64,000 nucleotides of DNA from Candidatus Latescibacterota bacterium (GCA_965222075.1 OZ244937.1:1376001-1440000), one strand, 5' to 3'; positions 1 to 11,895 are shown, counted from the stretch's first letter. The notes: generated by a model from the sequence alone, not told the origin. Program-made: numbers and translations.

Positions 1-358
1 GCTGGCCCAGCCGTTCATTTAAGATCTTGAGTTCGGCTCTAAGTTCTTTTACCTGAATTTCCGCATATTCAAGCCGTCCTGCACGCTGCTGGAAGCTGTC
101 GTATTCTTCCTGTGAAACGGATATTACGGGTTCTTTTTGGAGTTGTTCGGGTTCGGAATATTTCAATCTTTTTCCATATTTTTTATAATATATTTCTATA
201 ATTTTTTTATATTGAATTCTCCAGGCCCCGTTCCATTTTTCGGCATCCAATATGCCTTTTTCAATATAATTTCTTATGGTCTTATCTGTTACTTTTAAAG
301 CATTTGCAGCTTGTCTTATGTTTAAATAGCGTTGAATCCCTTCACCTTGTACAGACAT
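1..358 (-). CDS. Helix-turn-helix (HTH_17/excisionase/MerR-like) protein with coiled-coil tail; 3' end runs off the window
   Basis: Not in the ORF track. Manual translation from ATG at 358 (GAGG RBS upstream): MSVQGEGIQRYLNIRQAANALKVTDKTIRNYIEKGILDAEKWNGAWRI...EIQVKELRAELKILNERLGQ, open to base 1. Visibly AT-rich. Confidence 0.75.
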   Translation of the reverse strand, partial: MSVQGEGIQRYLNIRQAANALKVTDKTIRNYIEKGILDAEKWNGAWRIQYKKIIEIYYKKYGKRLKYSEPEQLQKEPVISVSQEEYDSFQQRAGRLEYAEIQVKELRAELKILNERLGQ

Positions 359-439
359 AAGAACCTCTTCTGAAGATTCTGGATTTTTCTATTTATTTTC
401 CATTAATTTTATATTTATATAAAGTTAAGTATTTTCAGG

Positions 440-3157
440 CTATGCTGCGCCCAATGCAGCCGCTATGAGATCTTCGCTTACCGGTAAACAGAACCGCATC
501 GCTGTAAATTTCTCTCTGAATTTGGAAATACTCCCCCCCAATCCTCTGTTTTTCAGGATGATATCCGACATATATCCGGCCAGTTCCTGGAAATCGTCCT
601 TTTGCATCCCAAATCTCGTCATTTCCTGGACCCCCAGGCGGATCCCGCTGGCATCTGAAAAGGATACATCGCCTGGAAGGGCCTGATAATTCGTGATCAC
701 GTTGTTTTCTTCGAGTCTCCTGGCGACTTCAGCGCCTTTACCGCGCCCCACGTTCAGAATCACCTGGTGCGTTTCCGTATAATCCACGGAAGGATCGCCC
801 TCAACAGACAGACCGCTTTCACTGAGGGCCCTGGCAAAAGCTTTCGCATTGGCCATAACCCGCGCCTGATAGTCGTCCTTGAAGGCCATCATTTCATAAG
901 AAGCGCCCAGCAGCGCCAGGAGCGTTCCCAGGTGATGGTTGCTTACGTCTCCGGGAAACACTTCGGTTACGATCCGCTCCCACAGCGGCCTGTAAAAGGT
1001 GGATTCGGACATCCTGCTGGCGATAACACCTCTCTGCGGCCCAAAAAAGGTCTTATGCGTCGATCCGGTGACGATGTCGGCGCCCTCTTCGAAAGGCTTC
1101 TGAAAGTGCGGGCCCACCAATCCCAAAACGTGCGCCATATCGTACATGAGAATGGGCCGATCCTCCCTGTCTGCCGCGAATGCTGCGATCTCTTTCACAG
1201 GCTCGGGATGCAGCACCATACTCTTGCCGAATATCGCCAGCTGCGGGCTATATTCTTCGATCAGCGTCTTTGTCTTTTCAACGTCAATTCGATAGGGGTT
1301 ATCCTCCTGGACAGGAAAATGAACGACCGCAGGCCGTTCTGTCCTGGAATCGTGCCGCACAAAGTGCCGCAATGCGCCCATGTACTGGGCGCTTAAGTGC
1401 CCTCCCCTACCCAGGTGATTGCTTATCACATAGCCCAGTCTTTCAGGTTCGCCCCGTCCAAACCGGTTCATATAATCCACCAATCCCGAAAAAACAGACT
1501 TGTTGGCCATCTGTCCCGAAACGGGCCTCACTTCAACTTCGGAGCACCCCAGATACGCCCTGAGAACGGCCTGGGCAGCCTCTTCAACCCATTCAATAAA
1601 TCCGGTCCCCTGATAGTAAAAAACATCCTTTGCAACCTTTCCAAACGCTTTTATCGTCTTGTGCTCGGCATATCTGGCGGCCGGGTCCAGGATTGAAAGC
1701 AGCCTGACAAAGCGCGAGGGGGTCTGCTCCGAAGGAATCAGGTTTATCGCTCCCGACTGCCTGAGCTTCGTATTTTCAACCGCCCGCGCTGACAATTCTT
1801 CTGCCCCGGGCAGCTGGTTGACACCATACCGAAACCTTCTTGCTTCAGGGTGGATAATCACCCTGGAATACGGGGGCGCAGCCTCCAGGTTGCTCCTGAC
1901 CACGATTGCAGGCACAAAACGGCTTCTGGATTTCCGGATTTCTAAAAACTGGCCCGATTTGCCGGATACGATGGCCGAGTCGATATAGGCGATGGCAATC
2001 GCCCTCCTGTCCTGCGCTTCGCCCGGCGCAGAATATAACCCCGATCCCCCAAACCGCAGATAAGGGACAATCGTACCGCTTGTCACCCACCCAACGGGGC
2101 TTTCATCCAGGTAGACCTCGTCCCCTTGTCTTGCAGAACTGATCCCCGGTCCGGTCCGGTTCCCATTCAGAATCGCGATCTGCCGAATAAACCTGGGCAC
2201 AACCCTCTCGTGGAAAGGCTTCGTGAACTTCCCCCCTGCCCTCAACCTTTCGACAACTTCCTCGTTCTGCGCTATTAATGCGCCTTTTCCGATATAATCT
2301 CCTTTATCCACCGCAAAACTCGTGGATTTTCTGCCCAGCGAAAGCGCACAGATCGGAATGGGGTCTCCATTGGGGTCCTCACCCAGTTCATGCCCGTACA
2401 GGGGCAATCCGAATTCTAATCTCAGGGTATCTCTTGCGCCCAGCCCGACAGGAACAACGCCGTGCCCCTCGCCTCGCTTGAGAATCTGTTCCCACAGGGG
2501 CAAGGCGTTCGATCGCTCTGAGAAGAGCTCAAAGCCCACAGGCTCTCCTGTATACCCTGTCCTGGCAACAATGACAGCACTTCCGTTTATTCTGACGAAC
2601 GATAGCATATTCTTAAACGGTTCCGGCAGCCTTCCCGAATTCCCATTCAGGCCCAGTATTTCTTCCAGAATCAACGCTGCTTTTGGACCCTGCAGAGCCA
2701 TCATCGCAAGGTCCTCGCTCTTATCCGTGAACACGATATTGGGGAATTTGGGGCGGAACTGATCCAGCCACTGCCAGTCTTTCTCCCGGTTGGCCGCATT
2801 CACCACCAGCATATATTCACCTTGCCCTACCCGGTATAAATACGCATCATCTATGGCACCCCCGTTTTCGTCCGGAATGAGGGTATACTGCGCCTTCCCG
2901 ACTTCGTTCAGGGCAAGCGCATTATTGGTTGTTAGATACTGCAAAAAGGGAATCGCATCGCCTCCGGACACAAAAAATCTGCCCATATGGCTGATGTCGA
3001 ACAGCCCGGCGTTCATTCTCGTCGCGATGTGTTCGGAGAAAATGGTCTTGTACTGGATTGGCATGTCAAATCCGCCAAATCCGAGGGTCTTTGCCCCGGC
3101 GCTCACATGCCAGTCGTAAAGAACGGTCTTTTTCAGTTCATCCTCCTGTGAACTCAT
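440..3157 (-). CDS. gcvT: Fused glycine cleavage T protein (aminomethyltransferase) / serine hydroxymethyltransferase
   Basis: N-half has GcvT motifs (GLFDISHMG, ARTGYTGE..GFE, GLGARDTLRLE). C-half has SHMT motifs (NLIPSE, GGHLS, YDMAH..GL, STHKTFFGPQRG, SGIRLG). Start chosen at ATG 3157 after GGAGG. Confidence 0.92.
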   Translation of the reverse strand: MSSQEDELKKTVLYDWHVSAGAKTLGFGGFDMPIQYKTIFSEHIATRMNAGLFDISHMGRFFVSGGDAIPFLQYLTTNNALALNEVGKAQYTLIPDENGGAIDDAYLYRVGQGEYMLVVNAANREKDWQWLDQFRPKFPNIVFTDKSEDLAMMALQGPKAALILEEILGLNGNSGRLPEPFKNMLSFVRINGSAVIVARTGYTGEPVGFELFSERSNALPLWEQILKRGEGHGVVPVGLGARDTLRLEFGLPLYGHELGEDPNGDPIPICALSLGRKSTSFAVDKGDYIGKGALIAQNEEVVERLRAGGKFTKPFHERVVPRFIRQIAILNGNRTGPGISSARQGDEVYLDESPVGWVTSGTIVPYLRFGGSGLYSAPGEAQDRRAIAIAYIDSAIVSGKSGQFLEIRKSRSRFVPAIVVRSNLEAAPPYSRVIIHPEARRFRYGVNQLPGAEELSARAVENTKLRQSGAINLIPSEQTPSRFVRLLSILDPAARYAEHKTIKAFGKVAKDVFYYQGTGFIEWVEEAAQAVLRAYLGCSEVEVRPVSGQMANKSVFSGLVDYMNRFGRGEPERLGYVISNHLGRGGHLSAQYMGALRHFVRHDSRTERPAVVHFPVQEDNPYRIDVEKTKTLIEEYSPQLAIFGKSMVLHPEPVKEIAAFAADREDRPILMYDMAHVLGLVGPHFQKPFEEGADIVTGSTHKTFFGPQRGVIASRMSESTFYRPLWERIVTEVFPGDVSNHHLGTLLALLGASYEMMAFKDDYQARVMANAKAFARALSESGLSVEGDPSVDYTETHQVILNVGRGKGAEVARRLEENNVITNYQALPGDVSFSDASGIRLGVQEMTRFGMQKDDFQELAGYMSDIILKNRGLGGSISKFREKFTAMRFCLPVSEDLIAAALGAA

Positions 3158-3200
3158 GTTGCCTCCCTGACTGACGATACGGAACAAGACCGGCAGTCCG

Positions 3201-5648
3201 TCATACGACCACGTTCACCAGCCGGTTGGGCACTACGATCACCTTCCTGGGCGACTTGCCCTCCAGGTGTGCCTGGACGTTCTCCTGCGCCAAGGCCAGG
3301 CGCTCGATATTCTCCTGGGGCGCGTCGATCTCCACCTCGAAACGCGCCCGCACCTTGCCGTTGACCTGCACCGGCATCTCGATCGTCGCCGGGCGGGCCA
3401 GCGCCTCGTCCCATTCGGGCCAGGCCTGCTCGTGCACGCTGAACTCCCCCCCGATCCGCTCCCAGAGCTCCTCCGCTAAGTGGGGCGTCATCGGGGCCAG
3501 GAGCAGCACGAGCGTCCGGATCGCCTCCGTCCAGGCCTCCGTCTTGACGGCCGGCGTAGCTTTCGCCCGACCCAGCCCGTTGGTGAACGTCATCAGCGCG
3601 GCAACCGCCGTGTTGAAGGCGAACGCTTCCAAGTCCTTCGACACCTTCTTCACCGTCTGGTGCATCAGCCGCTTCAGGGCGTCGATATTGGCCTCCGTGG
3701 CCTGGCCCTCAACCTCCGGCGGGTGCCCGACCACCAGCGACCAGACACGGTTCAAAAACCTCGGCGTGCCTTCCATGCTGGAAGAGCTCCACGGCCCGCC
3801 CTGGTCCCACCGGCTGAAGAACATCAGGTAGGTGCGCACGCTGTCTGCACCATAGCGGTCCACCCACTCGTCCGGATTAATCACATTCCCCCGGGACTTG
3901 CTCATCTTTTCGGAGTCCTCGCCCAGGACAATTCCCTGATTGTAGAGCCGGACCATCGGTTCGTCGTCGTCCACCAACCCCATGTCCCGCATCGCCTTGG
4001 TGAAGAACCGGGTGTAGAGCAGGTGCATTGTGGCATGTTCGATGCCGCCTGTGTACTGGTCCACCGGCAGCCAGTAGTCCCCCTCCTTCGGATCGAAGGG
4101 CCCCTGGCCGTAATGGGGACTCAGATAACGATATTGATACCACGACGAACACATGAAGGTATCCATCGTATCGGTCTCCCGAACGGCATCTCCACCGCAT
4201 TTCGGGCAGGTTGCATGAAGAAAGCCCTCGTGATATTTCAGGGGGGACTCACCGGTGGGCAGGAACGCGGCGTCTTCTGGCAGCAGCACCGGCAGATCTT
4301 CCTCAGCGACGGGAACTGTTCCACACGCAGAACAATAGATAATGGGGATGGGACACCCCCAGTAGCGCTGGCGGGAGATCAGCCAGTCGTGCAGCCGGTA
4401 GTTGACCTTGCGCTCCCCGATGCTCCGGGCCTCCAGGTCGTCGGCCACGGCCTCCCAGCCCTCCTCTGAGGAGAGCCCGTCGAACCGGCCGGAGTTGACC
4501 ATCCTGCCCGGATCGATATAGGCTTCCACTGGAGGGTTGCCGTCCCAATCGGACGGGGCGATGACCACCCGGATCGGCAGGTCGTAGCGTTTGGCAAAAT
4601 TGAAATCCCGCTCGTCGTGCGCCGGCACGGCCATAATCGCTCCCGTCCCGTAGGTGGTCAGCACATAGTCCGCAATGTAGATCGGGACCTCCGCGTCGTT
4701 CATGGGGTTGATCGCATAGGCCCCGGTGAACACGCCGTCCCGTGCCCTGTCTATCGACAACCGTTCGATCTCGGACCGGCGCAGGGCCCCGGCCGTGTAG
4801 GCCTCTACTTCCAGGCGCTGGTCTTCGGTGGTGATCCTGGCCACCAGAGGATGCTCGGGAGCCAGCACGGCGAAGGTCATGCCAAATGTGGTGTCCGGCC
4901 TTGTGGTGAACACCCGGAATCCCTCTTCCTGGCCCTTGACGCGCATCTCGAACTCGACGCCCTCGCTCCGGCCGATCCAGTTGTTCTGCATGGTCACCAC
5001 CCGATCCGACCAGTCGATCTTGGAAAAGTCCAGGAGTTCTTCGGCGTAGTTTGTGATGCGCAAGAGCCACTGATCCAGCTCTTTCACAACAACCGGGGTC
5101 TCGCACCGCTCGCAGTGCCGGTCCTCGCCCTGGACCTGCTCCCGGGCAAGCGTCGTATTGCAGCTTGGGCACCAGTCTACCGGGGCCTTCTGCCTGTAAG
5201 CCTGGCCGTGTTTGTAGAACTGGAGGAACAGCCACTGCGTCCAGTGGTAATATTCGGGCACACAGGTGATCGCTTCCCGGTCCCAGTCGAACATCGTGCC
5301 CATCGTTTTGAGCTGCTCCCGCATCTGTTCAACGTTGTCCATCGTCCACTTGAACGGGTGAACACCCCGCTGGATGGCTGCATTCTCGGCGGGCAACCCG
5401 AACGCGTCAAAACCGATGGGAAAGAGCACGTTGTAGCCCTGCATCCGCATAAACCGCGCCCGGACATCGGAGGGGGCTATCGCATACCAGTGTCCGATAT
5501 GGAGGTCGCCCGAGGTATAGGGCAGCATCGTCAGCGCGTAGTGTTTGGGGCGGTCCCCGTCAACCGCGCTTCTGTAAAGCCCGGCCTCTTTCCAGCGCTT
5601 CCGCCATTTCGTCTCAATTGAGGAAAAGTCGTACCCACTGTCTGCCAT
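3201..5648 (-). CDS. leuS: Leucine--tRNA ligase
   Basis: MLPYTSGDLHIGH (HIGH), KMSKS, GTGAIMAVPAHDERD editing domain, WLISRQRYWG. Start trimmed to ATG 5648. Confidence 0.97.
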   Translation of the reverse strand: MADSGYDFSSIETKWRKRWKEAGLYRSAVDGDRPKHYALTMLPYTSGDLHIGHWYAIAPSDVRARFMRMQGYNVLFPIGFDAFGLPAENAAIQRGVHPFKWTMDNVEQMREQLKTMGTMFDWDREAITCVPEYYHWTQWLFLQFYKHGQAYRQKAPVDWCPSCNTTLAREQVQGEDRHCERCETPVVVKELDQWLLRITNYAEELLDFSKIDWSDRVVTMQNNWIGRSEGVEFEMRVKGQEEGFRVFTTRPDTTFGMTFAVLAPEHPLVARITTEDQRLEVEAYTAGALRRSEIERLSIDRARDGVFTGAYAINPMNDAEVPIYIADYVLTTYGTGAIMAVPAHDERDFNFAKRYDLPIRVVIAPSDWDGNPPVEAYIDPGRMVNSGRFDGLSSEEGWEAVADDLEARSIGERKVNYRLHDWLISRQRYWGCPIPIIYCSACGTVPVAEEDLPVLLPEDAAFLPTGESPLKYHEGFLHATCPKCGGDAVRETDTMDTFMCSSWYQYRYLSPHYGQGPFDPKEGDYWLPVDQYTGGIEHATMHLLYTRFFTKAMRDMGLVDDDEPMVRLYNQGIVLGEDSEKMSKSRGNVINPDEWVDRYGADSVRTYLMFFSRWDQGGPWSSSSMEGTPRFLNRVWSLVVGHPPEVEGQATEANIDALKRLMHQTVKKVSKDLEAFAFNTAVAALMTFTNGLGRAKATPAVKTEAWTEAIRTLVLLLAPMTPHLAEELWERIGGEFSVHEQAWPEWDEALARPATIEMPVQVNGKVRARFEVEIDAPQENIERLALAQENVQAHLEGKSPRKVIVVPNRLVNVVV

Positions 5649-5700
5649 TTGTTCCTCGCTTTTTAAGCAGAAAAAAATCACCTTTGCGCTTTCACGGTCT

Positions 5701-6996
5701 TTATGGATACAACCGCTGCAGCATCCGGGGAAACGGAATGGTCTCTCGCACGTGCGGCAGCCCGCAGATCCAGGCGACGGTCCGCTCAATACCCAGGCCG
5801 AAGCCCGCATGGGGAACACTACCGTAACGGCGCAGGTCCAGATACCACTGGAAGGGTGCCTCATCAAGTCTGTGTTCGGCGATCTTCCGCCCAAGCTCTT
5901 CCAGGCTGTCTTCCCGCTGTCCGCCGCCGATAATCTCTCCGTATCCTTCAGGTGCCAGCATATCCATGCAAAGGGCCAGCCTCTCATCGTTCGGGTCCGA
6001 CTTCATGTAAAACGCCTTACAGGCCGCCGGGTACCGGTGGACGAGCACCGGCCGGTCGAAGTGTTCCGCCAGCACGGTCTCGTCCTCTCCCCCGAAATCG
6101 TCTCCCCAGGGGTGGTCGACTCCCTCTTTTTTGAGGATTTCAACCGCTTCGGTATACGAGATCCTGGGAAAGGGCTTTGCCACACGCTCCAGGGGGCCCA
6201 GGTCCCGTTCCAGGTACTCCAGCTCTGCCCTGCGCTTTTCCAAGACCCGCTGGACAACCGTGGCCACAAAATCCTCGGCCAGGTCCATATCCCCGTCCAG
6301 GTCCAGGTAGGCCACCTCCGGTTCGACCATCCAGAACTCGGTCAGGTGGCGCCGGGTCTTGGACTTTTCCGCGCGAAAGGTAGGGCCGAAACAGTAGACC
6401 CTCCCAAAGGCCATCGCGCCGGCTTCCATGTAGAGCTGCCCGCTCTGGGTCAGATAGGCCTTCTCATCAAAATAGTCGGTTTCGAACAGGGTGGTGGTCC
6501 CCTCACAGGACGCCGGCGTAAAAACGGGGGCGTCTACCAGCACAAAATTCCGCTCGTCGAAATAATCCCGGCAGGCCTTCACAATTTCACTGCGAACCCT
6601 CAGAATGGCGTGCTGCCTGGACGAGCGCAGCCACAGGTGCCGGTGATCCATCAGAAAGGCCGTGCCGTGCTCCTTGGGGGTGATCGGGTAGGCATCGGCG
6701 ATCTGGACCACCTCCAGACCCAGAACCCCGATCTCGTACCCGGTAGAAGACCGTTTGTCTTCCCGCACAACGCCTCTGATCCGAAGGGAGGACTCCTGGG
6801 TCAGCGCATCGGACCGGTGGAAGACTTCCGGGGAGACCTCCCCCTGAAACACCACGCACTGGATGGTGCCCATACCATCGCGCACCTGAAGGAAGTGGAG
6901 TTTCCCGCTGGACCGCTTGTTATACAGCCATCCCTCCAGGAGGACTTCCTCTCCCTTGTGTTCTCCAACTTCAGCAATCGATATTCGTACGGCCAT
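5701..6996 (-). CDS. asnS: Asparagine--tRNA ligase
   Basis: OB-fold N-terminus, [48 protein letters not shown]. Confidence 0.95.
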   Translation of the reverse strand: MAVRISIAEVGEHKGEEVLLEGWLYNKRSSGKLHFLQVRDGMGTIQCVVFQGEVSPEVFHRSDALTQESSLRIRGVVREDKRSSTGYEIGVLGLEVVQIADAYPITPKEHGTAFLMDHRHLWLRSSRQHAILRVRSEIVKACRDYFDERNFVLVDAPVFTPASCEGTTTLFETDYFDEKAYLTQSGQLYMEAGAMAFGRVYCFGPTFRAEKSKTRRHLTEFWMVEPEVAYLDLDGDMDLAEDFVATVVQRVLEKRRAELEYLERDLGPLERVAKPFPRISYTEAVEILKKEGVDHPWGDDFGGEDETVLAEHFDRPVLVHRYPAACKAFYMKSDPNDERLALCMDMLAPEGYGEIIGGGQREDSLEELGRKIAEHRLDEAPFQWYLDLRRYGSVPHAGFGLGIERTVAWICGLPHVRETIPFPRMLQRLYP

Positions 6997-7041
6997 TTTA
7001 CGCTCCGGTTTCAAGTAGTGGGTGACGCGTGCCCCACCCCC

Positions 7042-8277
7042 CTATCGTCCAACCGTGATCAGATGCATCCTGTTTTCGTCCATCAGGGCCTTACAGACCT
7101 CCAGGACACCCTCCTGGGTGACCCGGTTGATGGCCACAAGCCATTCTTCCTGAGAGTGATAACGCCCCGTATAGACCTCCTCCCTGGCGATTCGACCCAT
7201 CCGCCTGTCCATGCTTTCATACCCCAGGATGAGTTCCCCCCGAATCTGGGCCTTACAGCTTTCCAGCTCTTCTTTTGAAATCCCTTCCCGTCTGAATCTG
7301 GAGAGTTCGGAACGGACGATTTCGATCGATTGCTCTGCACGCGCCCGGTCGCAGGCCAGGTAGATCCCGAACAGGCCGGTGTCTTCCAGCGCCTCCAGGT
7401 AGGAATAGACGGCGTAGGCCAGCCCAAGGCGTTCCCGTACATGTTGAAACAGCCGGGAACTCATCCCCCCTCCCAGGGCTGTATTGGCAACCAAAAGGTC
7501 GTACTGTTGGGGGTGTGTGTAGGCATAGGCCGTTGTGCCCAGACAGATGTGGGTCTGCCCGACATCGCGCTGGTAATGGCGCTCCGTCCGCACCACCTCT
7601 GTGGGCCGCTCTCTGACCAGCCGGGGTCCGGCCGCTCCGGATGATTTGAAGAGCCGGCATACCATATCCACCAAACGATCGTGATCCAGGTTACCTGCGG
7701 CCGAGATCACCATCCTGTCGGGACGGTAGGTGCGGTCGAGGTAGCCCCGGAGGGCCTCCCCGGTAAAGGCGCGTACCGTCTCTGGGGTGCCCAGGATAGG
7801 CGCCCCCACCGGATGCCGCCCCCAGACGGATCTGGCAAACAGATCGTGAACCAGGTCTTCGGGGGTGTCCTCCACATTTTGGATTTCCTCCAGGACCACC
7901 CCTTTTTCTTTTTGGATCTCTCCAGCATCCAGGCGCGGGTTTTGAAGCATGTCCAGAAGGACATCCAGCGCCACGCCTAAGTGTTCATCCAGGCACCGCG
8001 CATAAAAGCAGGTGAGATCCCGGTAGGTGAACGCATCCAGGCTCCCCCCCAGGGACTCCAGGCTGTGGACAATTTGGAAGGCATCCCGCTTTTGGGTGCC
8101 TTTAAAGAGCATGTGTTCCAGAAAATGGGAGATCCCGCGCTCTGCGTCTCTTTCGTCCCGAGACCCCACCTGCACCCAGGTTCCAAGGGAGATGGACCGA
8201 ACAAAAGGAACCTGCTCGGTCAGGATTCGGAGACCATTGTCCAGCTTTGTTTTTCGAAAACTCCCGCCTGGGGCCAC
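7042..8277 (-). CDS. M16 (pitrilysin) family zinc peptidase
   Basis: HFLEH inverted zinc motif, GGGMSSRLF..VRE..GLAY. Typical position after pnp. Confidence 0.93.
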   Translation of the reverse strand: MAPGGSFRKTKLDNGLRILTEQVPFVRSISLGTWVQVGSRDERDAERGISHFLEHMLFKGTQKRDAFQIVHSLESLGGSLDAFTYRDLTCFYARCLDEHLGVALDVLLDMLQNPRLDAGEIQKEKGVVLEEIQNVEDTPEDLVHDLFARSVWGRHPVGAPILGTPETVRAFTGEALRGYLDRTYRPDRMVISAAGNLDHDRLVDMVCRLFKSSGAAGPRLVRERPTEVVRTERHYQRDVGQTHICLGTTAYAYTHPQQYDLLVANTALGGGMSSRLFQHVRERLGLAYAVYSYLEALEDTGLFGIYLACDRARAEQSIEIVRSELSRFRREGISKEELESCKAQIRGELILGYESMDRRMGRIAREEVYTGRYHSQEEWLVAINRVTQEGVLEVCKALMDENRMHLITVGR

Positions 8278-8401
8278 AGGATAATCCCTCCGACCTGCCT
8301 GCGCCGGAGACTGCTCGGCAGGCAGGAAACTTTGCTTTAAAGCGAAAAAGACGACCGGGGAAATTCCGATCGCCTTCTCCTCACCGGTCCAAACAGGCCA
8401 G

Positions 8402-10549
8402 TTACCGTCGGTTTGGTCGTCTCACCCCCCTCCCCCCTCTGGGACGTTGATCTCCGGGGGGGGGAACATAGCCCTCTGGGGGTTCGAACGTGGCCTTCCG
8501 GCTCAGCCGGATCTTGCCCTGCTCATCGATCCCGATCACCTTCACCTGCGTTCTGTCGCCCTCTTCCAGGACGTCCTCCACCTTTCGCACGCGATGGTAG
8601 TCCAGTTCGGAGATGTGGCACAGGCCCTCTTTCCCGGGCAGGATCTCGATGAAGGCCCCAAAGTCCATCACCCGCTTTACCTGACCTTCGTACATCTTGC
8701 CGACCTCCGGATCTTCCACCAGCGCCCGGATCATCCGCATCGCCTTTTCTCCGGCTTCCGCATCCACCGAGCTTACCGTAACCAGCCCGTCGTCTTCCAC
8801 GGCAACCGTCGCACCGGTCTCTTCGATACCCCGTATGGTCTTTCCACCCGGGCCGATCACCGCGCCGATTTTGGAGGAATCGATCCGCAGCGACAGGATG
8901 CGGGGCGCGTACTGCGAGAGCGCCTTGCGGGGCTCGGAAATGGCCTCGTTCATAATCCCGAGGATGTGGCTGAGGGCCTCGCGGGCCCGGCCGAAGGCCT
9001 CCTGCATAATATCAAAGCTGATGCCTTTGATCTTGATATCCATCTGGATGGCCGTCATCCCCTCGGCGGTCCCGGTGATCTTTAAATCCATGTCCCCCAG
9101 GTGATCTTCGGCCCCCAGGATATCGGTCAACACCACCCACCTGTCTCCTTCCATCACCAGACCCACGCCCGCCCCGGCAACAGGGGTTTTAATGGGCACC
9201 CCCGCATCCATCAACGCCAGCGCCCCCCCGCAGACCGTGGCCATCGAGGAGGAGCTGTTGGACTCCAGGATCTCCGAGACGGTCCGGATTGTGTAGGGAA
9301 AGTATTCCTCGGAAGGGATCACGGGTTCCAGCCCCTTCTCGGCCAGGGCGCCATGCCCGATCTCCCGGCGTCCCGGTGCGCCAATCCGTCTGGTTTCTCC
9401 GACACTGTAGGAGGGAAAGTTGTAATCTACCATGAAACTCTTAAACGACTTGCCCTCCAGGTCGTCCACCATCCGCGTATCCATCTTGCTGCCAAGCGTC
9501 GCCACACACAGGGCCTGGGTCTGCCCGCGGGTAAAAATCGCCGATCCGTGTGCGCGGGGCAAAACGCCCAGTTCGATGGTAATCGGACGCACCTCGTCCA
9601 GTGCGCGGCCATCAATACGGCGCCCCTCCTCTAAGATCATCCGGCGCATATCGGCCTTTTCGATCATGGAGATTTCATCTGCAATCGCCCCCTCCGATCC
9701 GGGAAACGATTCGGCCAGCCGTTCCTGCACCTCCACAACCAGCTGGCCGAGGGCGCTGTCCCGGTCTTCCTTGACCGGCAGCCGGTTGGCATCCACCACC
9801 CGCCCTTCTGCCAGTTCCCTCACCTCCACAACCAGCGCTTCGTTGAGCTCGGGCTCTACCACTTCACGCTTGGGTTTGCCGCAACGGGCAACCAGCTCAC
9901 CCTGGAGATCGATTATTTTGACGATGGCCTGATGGGCAACCTTGAGCGCTTCTAAGATGTCGGCCTCCGGGACCTCGTGGCATTCTCCTTCTACGGAGAT
10001 GATCGACTCCCGACTGCCGGAAACCACAATATTGATATCGCTCTCTTCAAGCTGGTCGTAGGTCGGGCTGACCACGTATTCCCCCCCGACTCGCCCCACC
10101 CGAACGGCCCCGATTGGTCCCTCAAAAGGAATATCGGAGAGACATATCGCCGCCGATGCGCCCGTCATGGCCAGCACGGCGGGATCGTTGTCCTGGTCGT
10201 AGGAGAGGACTGCAACCAGCACCTGCGTATCGTAGGAAAACGCCCTGGGAAAAAGCGGCCGGATCTGGTGGTCAATCAGCCTGGCGTTCAGCTTTTCGGT
10301 TGTCGACGGCGCGCCTTCCCGTTTGAAGAAATTCCCAGGGATTCGCCCGCCGGCATAGGTTTTTTCCCGGTAATCTACCATGAGTGGAAAAAAGTCACCC
10401 TCAAACTCCCTGTGATCTGCAACAGCCGCCACGATGACCACGGTATCGCCGTAGCGCATCCACACGGCACCGTGCGCCTGTTTGGCCACACGGCCTGTCT
10501 CGATGGACAGCGTACGCCCCTCCAACTCCATCTCTACTTTCTCAATCAT
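8402..10549 (-). CDS. pnp: Polyribonucleotide nucleotidyltransferase
   Basis: [34 protein letters not shown] and S1 domains. Start at ATG 10549 after AGGAGG. Confidence 0.97.
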   Translation of the reverse strand: MIEKVEMELEGRTLSIETGRVAKQAHGAVWMRYGDTVVIVAAVADHREFEGDFFPLMVDYREKTYAGGRIPGNFFKREGAPSTTEKLNARLIDHQIRPLFPRAFSYDTQVLVAVLSYDQDNDPAVLAMTGASAAICLSDIPFEGPIGAVRVGRVGGEYVVSPTYDQLEESDINIVVSGSRESIISVEGECHEVPEADILEALKVAHQAIVKIIDLQGELVARCGKPKREVVEPELNEALVVEVRELAEGRVVDANRLPVKEDRDSALGQLVVEVQERLAESFPGSEGAIADEISMIEKADMRRMILEEGRRIDGRALDEVRPITIELGVLPRAHGSAIFTRGQTQALCVATLGSKMDTRMVDDLEGKSFKSFMVDYNFPSYSVGETRRIGAPGRREIGHGALAEKGLEPVIPSEEYFPYTIRTVSEILESNSSSSMATVCGGALALMDAGVPIKTPVAGAGVGLVMEGDRWVVLTDILGAEDHLGDMDLKITGTAEGMTAIQMDIKIKGISFDIMQEAFGRAREALSHILGIMNEAISEPRKALSQYAPRILSLRIDSSKIGAVIGPGGKTIRGIEETGATVAVEDDGLVTVSSVDAEAGEKAMRMIRALVEDPEVGKMYEGQVKRVMDFGAFIEILPGKEGLCHISELDYHRVRKVEDVLEEGDRTQVKVIGIDEQGKIRLSRKATFEPPEGYVPPPGDQRPRGGRGVRRPNRR

Positions 10550-10667
10550 CCACACATTCCTCCTGAAAATACACGTCTGGGCATCTGGTAACGTCCGGCG
10601 CTTCCGCACGTTAGAGGGGAGTGTTTATGCCCTGCGTTTTGTCTGCCCTGACCACCACCGCGAACAA

Positions 10668-10937
10668 TCAACCTCGAATGCCGAGCTTGTCGATCAGTTC
10701 CCGATAGCCACTCAGATTCCTCCGCTGCATGTACCTCATCAGACGGCGGCGCTGCCCGACCAGTTTGAGGAGACCGCGGCGGGAGTGGTGGTCTTTCTTG
10801 TGGGTTTGAAAATGCTCGGTTAAGTTGCGGATACGCTCTGTCAGCAGGGCGATCTGCGCCTCTGTGGAACCGGTATCTTCCGCCCTGCTGGAAAAGACTT
10901 CGATCAGTTCCGACTTCTTCTCCCTGGTTAATGCCAA
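10668..10937 (-). CDS. rpsO: 30S ribosomal protein S15
   Basis: [18 protein letters not shown]...[24 protein letters not shown] start after GGAGG gives 89 aa. Confidence 0.97.
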   Translation of the reverse strand: MALTREKKSELIEVFSSRAEDTGSTEAQIALLTERIRNLTEHFQTHKKDHHSRRGLLKLVGQRRRLMRYMQRRNLSGYRELIDKLGIRG

Positions 10938-10941
10938 TGTT

Positions 10942-11895
10942 CTACCTCCGCAAAAGGGTTGTATCGACGTGTGATAACACATCCCGGGCGGCTTCCAGGT
11001 CGTTTTTTATCTGTGCGATCAGCGCGGCTGGGGTTTCAAACCGCTGCTCACCTCGAATCCGATGCACCAGTTCCAATGTGAGCCGTTGACCGTAGAGATC
11101 CCCCTCGAAACCGAGGAGATGAGCTTCCAGGGCGCGGGACCTGCCGTTGAATGTGGGACGATAGCCCAGGTTTAACACTGCGTCGCATCGATCCCCGGAC
11201 GGGAGATAGGCAAAGGCCGCATAGACCCCATCCGGAGGCATCAGCTTGCCCGGCTCCTCGATGGCCAGATTGGCCGTGGGAACCCCCAGCGTCCGACCCC
11301 GGCCATCCCCGCGCACGACCCGTCCGGCAACCGGATACCCACCTCCCAGGAGCCGACAGGCGGCTTCCAGATTTCCCTCTGTCACAAGCCGCCGGATGCG
11401 CGTACTGCTCACGGGTTTCCCATCGACCAGAACCGGCGGAACCGACCTGACTTCGAAACCGAAATCACGTCCCAAAGCCTGCATGGTCTCCAGGCCGCCG
11501 CTGCGGCCCTTCCCAAACCCGTGGTCATAGCCTACCACGACAACCTGCGCCTGCAGACGCCGAACCAGGTAGTCCTCAACAAACGCCTCCGGGCTTAACT
11601 CCCGCAGCGCCTGCGTAAAGGCCACAACCCCCAGCAGATCGATTCCCAGCGGGGCAACACGCCGCACCTTTTCCTCAAGCGAGGTGAGAATACCGGGGGC
11701 CTGCGTGGGGTCAATGATGGTCCGTGGATGGGGATCGAAGGTAGCCACCACCCCGGTTCCCTTCCGGGACGCAGCCTCGGCACAGACGGCTTCCAGGACG
11801 GCAACGTGTCCCAGGTGTACGCCGTCGCATTGGCCCACCGTTACCACGGGAGCAGGGAGGTCCAGAGGCGTCTCAAGGGTGATAATGCGCATCAT
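10942..11895 (-). CDS. ribF: Bifunctional riboflavin kinase / FAD synthetase
   Basis: [47 protein letters not shown] overlap with the truB stop. Confidence 0.94.
   Translation of the reverse strand: MMRIITLETPLDLPAPVVTVGQCDGVHLGHVAVLEAVCAEAASRKGTGVVATFDPHPRTIIDPTQAPGILTSLEEKVRRVAPLGIDLLGVVAFTQALRELSPEAFVEDYLVRRLQAQVVVVGYDHGFGKGRSGGLETMQALGRDFGFEVRSVPPVLVDGKPVSSTRIRRLVTEGNLEAACRLLGGGYPVAGRVVRGDGRGRTLGVPTANLAIEEPGKLMPPDGVYAAFAYLPSGDRCDAVLNLGYRPTFNGRSRALEAHLLGFEGDLYGQRLTLELVHRIRGEQRFETPAALIAQIKNDLEAARDVLSHVDTTLLRR

Noticed and set aside
8345-8392. Hairpin after pnp as a terminator
   Set aside because: The stem is short and interrupted, with a large loop; support is too weak.
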